From an uncultured delta proteobacterium (lineage in GTDB: Bacteria > Desulfobacterota > Binatia > Binatales > Binataceae), in contig CAVRVY010000004.1 of assembly GCA_963724765.1 (NCBI GenBank), positions 192,001-256,000 of the forward strand: a DNA stretch of 64,000 nt. The letters are read 5' to 3'. Position 1 is the first letter of the stretch. Every line of letters starts with the position of its first letter. Position numbers and translations under genes: made by a program. This document shows positions 57,065 to 64,000 of the stretch, piece after piece. Below the pieces are notes generated by a model. That model had not been told where the DNA came from. It worked only from the letters and a program-made list of their open reading frames with translations, and did not search any database.

Positions 57065-57760
57065 ATGGCAGAGCGGGCGCCGGTAAAACTGGGAGTGCTG
57101 ATTTCAGGCGCCGGCACCAACCTGCAGGCGATTATCGACGCGCTCGAGCGCCGCGAACTGCGCGGCGAAATCCGCCTCGTGGTCTCCAACCGCGCGGGCG
57201 CGCAAGGGCTGGAGCGCGCACGCCGCCATGGGATTGCCACCCGCGTTATCGAGCATCGCCGCTTCCCGTCGCGTGAGGACTTCGACCGCGCGCTGGCCGG
57301 CGCGCTGACCGAGCACGGCGTCGAACTCGTCATATGTGCCGGGTTCATGCGGCTGCTGTCGCCGGTGATGCTGGCCGCGTTTCCCGACCGCGTGATGAAT
57401 ATCCATCCCGCGCTGCTGCCGGCCTTTCCGGGCGTGCACGCGCAAGAGGCTGCGCTCAAATATGGCGTCCGCTTCACCGGATGCACCGTGTTTTTCGTGC
57501 GCGAAGGCGTCGACGACGGACCGATCATCGTGCAGGCGGTGGTCCCTGTCCTGCCCGGCGACAGCGAGGAAAGCCTGAGCGAACGCATCCGCGCGCAGGA
57601 GCATCGCATCTATCCCTGGGCGATTCAGCTTTTCCAGGAGGGGCGCCTCACGATCGAGGGCCGCACCGTGCGGATCGCGGATTTCCCGGCCGGCGATGAA
57701 TCGCTCGCGCTGGTGAATCCTCGCTCGCCGCATTCGCCGCGCCTGAAACGTCCGCACTGA
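57065..57760 (+). CDS. purN: Phosphoribosylglycinamide formyltransferase
   Basis: ISGAGTNL, AGFM, NIHPALLP, DDGPII. Confidence 0.96.
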   Translation: MAERAPVKLGVLISGAGTNLQAIIDALERRELRGEIRLVVSNRAGAQGLERARRHGIATRVIEHRRFPSREDFDRALAGALTEHGVELVICAGFMRLLSPVMLAAFPDRVMNIHPALLPAFPGVHAQEAALKYGVRFTGCTVFFVREGVDDGPIIVQAVVPVLPGDSEESLSERIRAQEHRIYPWAIQLFQEGRLTIEGRTVRIADFPAGDESLALVNPRSPHSPRLKRPH

Positions 57761-57777
57761 CTTGCGGGCAATGAAAA

Positions 57778-58509
57778 GTGAAAACGCTTTCAGTGATCGT
57801 CCCGATGCTCAATGAGGAGCGAGAGATCGCACGCACGCTCGACGCGATTGCGGCGGGCGCGCGCGGCGCGGAAGCGATCGTAGAAGTTATTGTAGTCGAC
57901 GGCGGCAGTTCCGATCGCAGCCGCGAGCAAGCGCGGCCGCGATGCGCCCGGGTGCTCGACGCGCCGCGCGGCCTCGCCCGCCAGATGAACGCCGGCGCCG
58001 CAGCCGCGAAGGGCGACGCGCTGGTCTTCGTACACGCCGACACGCTCGTGCCGCTGACCTTTGCCCGCGATATCGCCGCGGCGCTCGCCGACCCTACCGT
58101 CGTGGGCGGCCGTTTCGACCTGCGGCTGAACGACGACGCGCCGATGTTGCGGCTTATCGGATGGCTCATCAGCGCGCGTTCGCGGCTAAGCCGCACGGGC
58201 ACTGGCGATCAGGCGATCTTCGTGCGGCGCGAGGTCTTCGAGCGGCTGGGCGGCTATCCCGACATCCCTCTGTGCGAAGACCTCGACCTCGCGCGCCGGC
58301 TCAAACGCATTGGACGCGTCGCCTGCCTGCGCTCTCGCGTCACGAGCTCGGCGCGGCGATGGCGCCAGCGCGGCGTGCTGGCCACAACGCTGCGGATGTG
58401 GTTCATCCGGGTCGCATTTCTGCTCGGCGTTTCGCCCGCCCGACTGGCCCATCTTTACAACCGTGGCGGGCCAGTCGAAAATGAAAGCCAGAGGTCGATA
58501 AGTGGCTAA
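57778..58509 (+). CDS. GT2 glycosyltransferase, TIGR04283-like
   Basis: VDGGSSD, ARQMNAGA, FVHADT, GDQAIF, EDL, SSARRW. Confidence 0.88.
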   Translation: MKTLSVIVPMLNEEREIARTLDAIAAGARGAEAIVEVIVVDGGSSDRSREQARPRCARVLDAPRGLARQMNAGAAAAKGDALVFVHADTLVPLTFARDIAAALADPTVVGGRFDLRLNDDAPMLRLIGWLISARSRLSRTGTGDQAIFVRREVFERLGGYPDIPLCEDLDLARRLKRIGRVACLRSRVTSSARRWRQRGVLATTLRMWFIRVAFLLGVSPARLAHLYNRGGPVENESQRSISG

Positions 58510-58765
58510 GGTAGAGGTTTACACAACTTCATATTGTCCCTACTGCACACAGGCCAAATCCCTGCTGAGAAGAAAGGGGGTCGCATTCGAGGAGATCGAC
58601 GTCTCCGGCGATTCGGCGTTGCGCGAGAAGATGATCGAGTTGTCCGGCGGCCGCCGCACGGTGCCCGAGATTTTCATCAACGGCAAAATTATCGGCGGCT
58701 ACGATGAGTTGCGTGCCCTGGAGGCCGCGGGCAAGCTCGACCCGCTGCTGACCGATCCCGGCTGA
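58502..58765 (+). CDS. grxC: Glutaredoxin 3
   Basis: CPYC, TVP, IGG motifs. Confidence 0.95.
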   Translation: MAKVEVYTTSYCPYCTQAKSLLRRKGVAFEEIDVSGDSALREKMIELSGGRRTVPEIFINGKIIGGYDELRALEAAGKLDPLLTDPG

Positions 58766-58776
58766 GCGCGTAAGCG

Positions 58777-59070
58777 ATGAACGACGAATTCGACGGCGAA
58801 CGCTTTCCCGGTAATTTCTACCGCGGGATGATCATGCGGTTGGATCGGGCCCGCGGCCGCGGCGCCGTGCGCACGCATCAGGGACGCGAAGTGCCGTTCG
58901 AGTTCCCCTTTGTCGAGGTCGCCGGCGCGCCGCTCGGGGGCCGCTTCCCCGGCATCGATCTCTTGAGCGAAGGCGACAGCGTCGGCTTCGACGTCGGGTG
59001 GACGTCCAGCGGATTGCGCGTCACGCTGATCAAACCGGCACGCTCTCCTCGCGAGGCCGACCCGAACTAA
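58777..59070 (+). CDS. Hypothetical protein, cold-shock-like OB fold
   Basis: YRGMI..LD..RGRGAV..., L.EGDSVGFDV...GLRV pattern parallels CSD beta strands. Confidence 0.55.
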   Translation: MNDEFDGERFPGNFYRGMIMRLDRARGRGAVRTHQGREVPFEFPFVEVAGAPLGGRFPGIDLLSEGDSVGFDVGWTSSGLRVTLIKPARSPREADPN

Positions 59071-59749
59071 AATCGCGACGCGCCTGGAACATCCGCCATA
59101 GCCTTACTCCCAGCGGATAGAACTCTCCGATCACTTCGAAGCGGTTGCGCGTATAGTAGGCGACGTTGGCCTCGGTCGCGGTCTCCAGGTACACGCCGTC
59201 GAGGTCGGAGCGCGTCTCCACCAACTCGCGCAGATGATTGAGGATTGCGACTCCGCAATGCCGCCCCTGGAATGACGGCTCCACGCCGAGGATGTTGAGA
59301 TAGAGATGGGGCTGCGGGGGATGATTGCGCGTGAGCGCATCGAGCAGCTTAATCGACCGCCGCACTCCGCCCCATCCCACCGCACGCACCATCGTGGGTA
59401 GGCTCAGCAGCCCGCTCGCGACGGTAGCGCCGGGCGAAGAGTGCATCGTTCCCTCGACCACCGCCGCGGCAATCAGGCGGCCGGCCTCGAACACGCCGAA
59501 GACCGGCTGGCCCTCGCCGCGCTGGAGCTTGAGCACGACCGCAAACAATCCGGCCAGGCGGCGTGCGCGTTCGACCGGTTCGCGCGGCTGGGGCGCGAGC
59601 GCGTTGATTAGAGGATCGTCGACGAACGCGCGGCTCAGCACGCCGGCGGCGTCGGCGTAGTGCTCGGGAAATACCAGCGCGACGCGCGGCCAGGTTTGAT
59701 CTATTGATTTCTTATCGGTCGATTTCTGATCTGTCGATTTCTGCGCCAT
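59030..59749 (-). CDS. GNAT N-acetyltransferase
   Basis: AFVDDP, HLYLNILGVEPSFQGRHCG, YLET..E.NVAYY...F. Confidence 0.88.
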   Translation of the reverse strand: MAQKSTDQKSTDKKSIDQTWPRVALVFPEHYADAAGVLSRAFVDDPLINALAPQPREPVERARRLAGLFAVVLKLQRGEGQPVFGVFEAGRLIAAAVVEGTMHSSPGATVASGLLSLPTMVRAVGWGGVRRSIKLLDALTRNHPPQPHLYLNILGVEPSFQGRHCGVAILNHLRELVETRSDLDGVYLETATEANVAYYTRNRFEVIGEFYPLGVRLWRMFQARRDFSSGRPREESVPV

Positions 59750-59769
59750 CGATTTCTTTCGCCAAACCT

Positions 59770-61248
59770 TTAGCTGCGCACGCGCGCCACCGCCGCATGC
59801 CATCCGTTGACCAGCCGTACACGCTCGCCGGGTCGCATCGACGGACTAAAGAGCCGCCCGCTACGGCCGAGCGCCGCCAGCTCGTTGGGCGATCGCCACA
59901 GGCCCACCGCCAGTCCGGCCAGCATCGCCGCACCCAGCGCCGTGGTCTCGGCCATTTTCGGCCGCCGCACCGGCCGTCCAAGCACGTCAGCCTGAAACTG
60001 CATCAGGTAGCCGTTGGCGGTGGCGCCGCCGTCGACGCGCAGTTCGGGTACGCGGTGTCCGCTGTCCTTCTCCATCGCGGCCAACGCGTCGCGCACCTGG
60101 TAAGCGATCGAGTCGAGCGCCGCGCGCACGACGTCGGCGCGATTGGTGCCGCGGGTGATGCCGACGATCGCGCCGCGTGCGCCGGCATCCCAGTATGGCG
60201 CGCCGAGGCCGACGAAGGCCGGCACCAGGTAGGGCTGCGAGCGATCGCGGCTTAGTCGCGCGAGCTTTTCGCTCTCGGCCGCAGTTGCGATTATGCGCAT
60301 CTCGTCGCGGAGCCACTGGATCGCCGCGCCCGCGATGAACACCGAGCCCTCCAGCGCGTAGGCGGGCTCGCCCGCCGACCCCAACGCGGCGGTCGTCAGT
60401 AATCGATTGCGCGAGACGACCGCGCGCTCGCCCGTATGCATCAACAAAAACGCGCCGGTGCCGTAGGTCGCCTTGGCCGCGCCCGGGCTGACCGCACGCT
60501 GGCCGTAGAGCGCCGATTGCTGATCGCCGATAACCGCGCCGATAGGGATGGCGCGCGGCCCGAACATGCCTGCGGCCGCCTCGGCCAGCGGACCGCGCGA
60601 GCCGACCGGCTCGGGCAGCATCGCGGCCGGCACTCCGAGCATCCGCAGCATCGCGGCGTCCCACTTGCGCTCTTTAAGATTGAGCATCATGGTGCGCGAC
60701 GCGTTGGTGAAGTCGGTTACGAACGCCGCGCCACGCGAGAGCCGAAAGATCAGCCACGAATCGATCGTGCCGAAGCATAGTTCGCCGCGGGCGGCGCGCC
60801 GGCGCAACGTGCGGTCGCTGTCGAGCAGCCATTTGAGCTTGGTGCCCGAGAAGTATGGATCGATCAGCAGCCCGGTGCGCCGGCGGACCTCAACCTCGCG
60901 CAGGTTAAGCGCGGCGCAAATCGCGGCGCTACGCCGGCATTGCCATACGATTGCGCGATGCACGGGGCGGCCGCTCAGCCGCTCCCACACCACGAACGTC
61001 TCGCGCTGATTGGTGATTCCCACCGCGCCGATGCCGGCGGGCCTGATACGCGAGGCCGCGATCGCCTGGCGGCCCAGGCGCACGACCGAGCGGTAAATCT
61101 GCTCCGGGTCGTGTTCGACCCATCCGGGACGCGGATAGAACTGGCGTATCTCGCCGTAGGCGCGGCCCAGGATACGTCCGCGCCCGTCGAGCACCATCGC
61201 CGTGGTCCCGGTCGTTCCCTGGTCGATCGCAAGCACCCCCTCAGCCAT
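59770..61248 (-). CDS. glpK: Glycerol kinase
   Basis: IDQGTT, ITNQRET, PYFSGTK, NASRT, GDQQ, TYGTG, LGAPYW. Confidence 0.96.
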   Translation of the reverse strand: MAEGVLAIDQGTTGTTAMVLDGRGRILGRAYGEIRQFYPRPGWVEHDPEQIYRSVVRLGRQAIAASRIRPAGIGAVGITNQRETFVVWERLSGRPVHRAIVWQCRRSAAICAALNLREVEVRRRTGLLIDPYFSGTKLKWLLDSDRTLRRRAARGELCFGTIDSWLIFRLSRGAAFVTDFTNASRTMMLNLKERKWDAAMLRMLGVPAAMLPEPVGSRGPLAEAAAGMFGPRAIPIGAVIGDQQSALYGQRAVSPGAAKATYGTGAFLLMHTGERAVVSRNRLLTTAALGSAGEPAYALEGSVFIAGAAIQWLRDEMRIIATAAESEKLARLSRDRSQPYLVPAFVGLGAPYWDAGARGAIVGITRGTNRADVVRAALDSIAYQVRDALAAMEKDSGHRVPELRVDGGATANGYLMQFQADVLGRPVRRPKMAETTALGAAMLAGLAVGLWRSPNELAALGRSGRLFSPSMRPGERVRLVNGWHAAVARVRS

Positions 61249-61446
61249 CTGGATCTTGCCCTTTGCCTTTGCCCTTTGCCCCACCCACTGTGTCGGTCGC
61301 CTCTGCGTACTGCCGCGCGCTGAATCGCGCCTTAAGTTAGGCAAGGGCCGGGACCGCCGACAAGGGCCGCCGACTGCTTGCGTCCGATTTTCACCAGAGC
61401 CATGATAAGCTCGCGGTTGAAGCGCTACCGAAATGGAGCCCTGCGT

Positions 61447-62820
61447 ATGTCAACGAGCGCCGATCTGGTCGAAACCCGCGAACAGCTAATCCGTTACTTC
61501 GAGAGCGGCGCCAAACCGCGCGAGCAATGGCGGGTCGGGACCGAGTACGAAAAGGTAACGGTGTCGGCGCACGACGGGCGCGCCCTGCCCTATTCGGGGC
61601 CCCGCGGTATCGAGCAAATCCTGCGCCGGTTGGCTGAGCGCTATGGCTACGAGCCTGACGAGGAGCAGGGGCGCATGGTCGGGCTCAAGGGCGAGCGCGC
61701 CGCGATCACCATCGAGCCGGGCAGTCAGATCGAACTTTCGGGCGAGCAGTGCGAGACGATTCACTGCGCACACGCCGAGTTCAGCCGGCATATCGAACAG
61801 CTTGTCGAGGTCGGCCACGAATACGGCGCGGCGGTGCTGGGCCTGGGGATGCAGCCCATCAGCACGATCGACGAGATCGAGCTGATACCCAAGAAACGCT
61901 ACCGGATCATGTACCCGTATATGGCGCGCAAGGGACGGCTGGGCCAGCGGATGATGAAGCAGACCGCCGGCGTGCAGGCCAATCTCGACTACGGCGACGA
62001 AGCCGATGCGATGCGCAAGCTGCGCCTGAGCATGGGACTGGTGCCGCTGGTGTACGCGATGTTCGCGAATTCGCCGCTATGCGACGGCCGTCTCAACGGC
62101 TACCAGAGCTATCGCGGCCACATCTGGAACGATACTGACCCCGACCGCTGCGGTACTCTGGAGTTCGCTTTCCGCGACGACGCCGGCTTCGAGGATTACG
62201 TCGATTATGCGCTCGACGTTCCAATGTACTTCATCTATCGCAATCACGAGCCGCAGGATTTCACCAAGCCGCCGGGCATCACCTTTCGCCAATTCATGGA
62301 GCGCGGATGGCATGGCGAGCGCGCCAGCATGGACGACTGGGCCAGCCATCTAACCACGATCTTCACTGAGGTGCGGCTCAAGAAGTACGTCGAAGTGCGC
62401 ACCGCCGACAGTCAGCCGCCGGCGCTGATGCTGGCGCTGCCCGCGCTGTTCAAGGGCCTGCTCTACGATTCCGATTGCATGACCGGCGCCTGGGACCTGA
62501 TCAAGCGCTGGAGCTTCGAGGAGCGCCTGGAACTGACCGACAGCGCGCACAAGCTCGGCCTGGGGGCTCGTGCCGGCCGTATCAGCCTCCGCGAACTCGC
62601 GCTCGAAGCGCTGATGATCGCTACCGTCGGGCTGGAGCGCCAGCGCGGGCTCAACCAGCACGGCGACAACGAAAGCATCTACCTGCTGCGCCTGCTCGAC
62701 CAGGTGCGCAACGGATGGACCCAGGCGAGCCTCACGATCGAGCGCTGGAAGGGGCGATGGAACTACGACGTGCAGCGCCTGGTCGAGGGCACCGCGTACG
62801 AGGCCGAGGGGCTTAGCTGA
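61447..62820 (+). CDS. gshA: Glutamate--cysteine ligase (GCS2/plant-type)
   Basis: VGTEYEK, TIEPGSQIELSG, QANLD, FANSP, EVRLKKYVEVR. Confidence 0.9.
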   Translation: MSTSADLVETREQLIRYFESGAKPREQWRVGTEYEKVTVSAHDGRALPYSGPRGIEQILRRLAERYGYEPDEEQGRMVGLKGERAAITIEPGSQIELSGEQCETIHCAHAEFSRHIEQLVEVGHEYGAAVLGLGMQPISTIDEIELIPKKRYRIMYPYMARKGRLGQRMMKQTAGVQANLDYGDEADAMRKLRLSMGLVPLVYAMFANSPLCDGRLNGYQSYRGHIWNDTDPDRCGTLEFAFRDDAGFEDYVDYALDVPMYFIYRNHEPQDFTKPPGITFRQFMERGWHGERASMDDWASHLTTIFTEVRLKKYVEVRTADSQPPALMLALPALFKGLLYDSDCMTGAWDLIKRWSFEERLELTDSAHKLGLGARAGRISLRELALEALMIATVGLERQRGLNQHGDNESIYLLRLLDQVRNGWTQASLTIERWKGRWNYDVQRLVEGTAYEAEGLS

Positions 62821-63713
62821 TGACGCTGCGCTTTTCCGAGCGCTACGTGATGGCGCTCAACCTGCTGTTGATAGCGATCCTGGCCTACTTCCTCGCGCTC
62901 TCGGTCGACGACATCATCCTCGGCCGCGTGGCCGGCGCGTCGACGCATCTGCCGTCGCTACTGGCCGCCGAGCGCTCCGCTCCGGTCACCCACCCGCGCG
63001 CCTTTTACGAGGCGATCTCCAGGCGGGATATCTTCAACCTGGTGCCGGCAACCGAAGCTCCCGCCGAGGTCGCAACCAATCTGCACATCAGGCTGCTTGG
63101 CACGTCGACGCTCACTCTTTCGCAGCCCTTCATCATCGTCGAAGATAACAACACCCACGAGCAATCGCTCTATCGGATGGGTGATGTGATTCCTGACGCG
63201 GGCACGCTCGTCGGCGTTTACAAAGACCACGCAATCATCCTGCACCTGGGACGGCGCACAAAACTCGAGATGCCGGCCGATGAGAATGGCACGCCGGCCG
63301 AAATGCCGCGTCCATTCGGGTTGCCCGGCACAGCGTTGCGCCGCAACTTTCGCGGGCGCACCAGCCGAAATGGAGTGCACGAGATTCAGCCCAACCGTTA
63401 CGTGCTCGACCGCTCAACCGTCGACAACAACCTCAATAATATGGCCGCGCTCTTCACCCAGGTCCGCGCCATTCCCAACCTGGGCCCGGACGGGCAATCT
63501 CACGGCTTCAAACTCTCCGAAATCCAGCCCGACTCGATTTTTCAACAGATCGGACTGCGCGACGGCGACGTTCTGACCGGCGTCGGCGGGCAGAGCGTGG
63601 GCGACCCCACCAAGGCGATAGAATTGTTGAGCGGCCTGCGCAGCCAGGACTCCATCAGTCTGACCGTGATGCGCGGCGGCCAGCCGGTCCAGCTCCAGTA
63701 CAACATCCGCTGA
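62820..63713 (+). CDS. gspC: Type II secretion system protein C
   Basis: N-terminal TM, HR domain (LLGT...LYRMGD), C-terminal PDZ (GFKL, IGLRDGD). Confidence 0.85.
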   Translation: MTLRFSERYVMALNLLLIAILAYFLALSVDDIILGRVAGASTHLPSLLAAERSAPVTHPRAFYEAISRRDIFNLVPATEAPAEVATNLHIRLLGTSTLTLSQPFIIVEDNNTHEQSLYRMGDVIPDAGTLVGVYKDHAIILHLGRRTKLEMPADENGTPAEMPRPFGLPGTALRRNFRGRTSRNGVHEIQPNRYVLDRSTVDNNLNNMAALFTQVRAIPNLGPDGQSHGFKLSEIQPDSIFQQIGLRDGDVLTGVGGQSVGDPTKAIELLSGLRSQDSISLTVMRGGQPVQLQYNIR

Positions 63714-63715
63714 CC

Positions 63716-64000
63716 ATGGAAGTTCGGCCGGCACGCGGCAGCGAACGAGACCAGGTGCTTGACCTCCTCGCGCTGTGGTACGGCGATCGGGACTTCTTTG
63801 CCCGCTACAACCATTACGACCCCGGCTTCCGCGACCAGCTATGCCTGGTCGCATGCGAGCGCGGCCGTATCGTCGCGACCGCGCAAATTTTCGAGCGCGT
63901 CGTGAACCTGCGCGGCGCGCGCGTACCGATGGGCGGTGTCGGTTCGGTCTACACCATGGAGAGCCATCGCAGCCGCGGCCTCGGCTCCTCGCTGATGCGC
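63716..64000 (+). CDS. GNAT acetyltransferase (Eis-like N-terminus), partial
   Basis: Manual translation MEVRPARGSERDQ...MGGVGSVYTMESHRSRGLGSSLMR; runs off the window. Confidence 0.8.
   Translation, partial: MEVRPARGSERDQVLDLLALWYGDRDFFARYNHYDPGFRDQLCLVACERGRIVATAQIFERVVNLRGARVPMGGVGSVYTMESHRSRGLGSSLMR

Overview
GC-rich bacterial chromosome segment from a diderm (LpxC, OmpA, GspC). Gene content is loosely Deltaproteobacteria/Binatota-like, which is an inference. Most of it is housekeeping: valS, aspS, hisS, tRNA-Leu(CAG), nadC, birA, an EF-G paralog, uvrA/B/C, comEC/comF, purM/purN, glpK, gshA, ald, gcvH, and lipid-catabolism genes. Two things stand out. (1) An NtrY-type histidine kinase is followed by a protein with an NtrX-like receiver domain fused directly to an intact LpxC. 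This suggests phosphorylation control of the committed step of lipid A synthesis. (2) A lower-GC 2.6-kb island (35.6-38.2 kb) is divided by seven directly repeated 11-6-11 sites with an invariant GAAATA core and a XerD-like TTATGT arm. Five of the six intervals hold one small gene or pseudogene, three of them paralogs of an unknown 123-aa beta protein, so it looks like a dif-like gene-cassette array. Also seen: recurrent 15-21 bp tandem duplications at gene junctions, apparent leaderless promoters, a 24-proline OmpA linker, decayed palindromic repeats and small unannotated ORFs. All calls come from reading motifs by eye; no searches were run.
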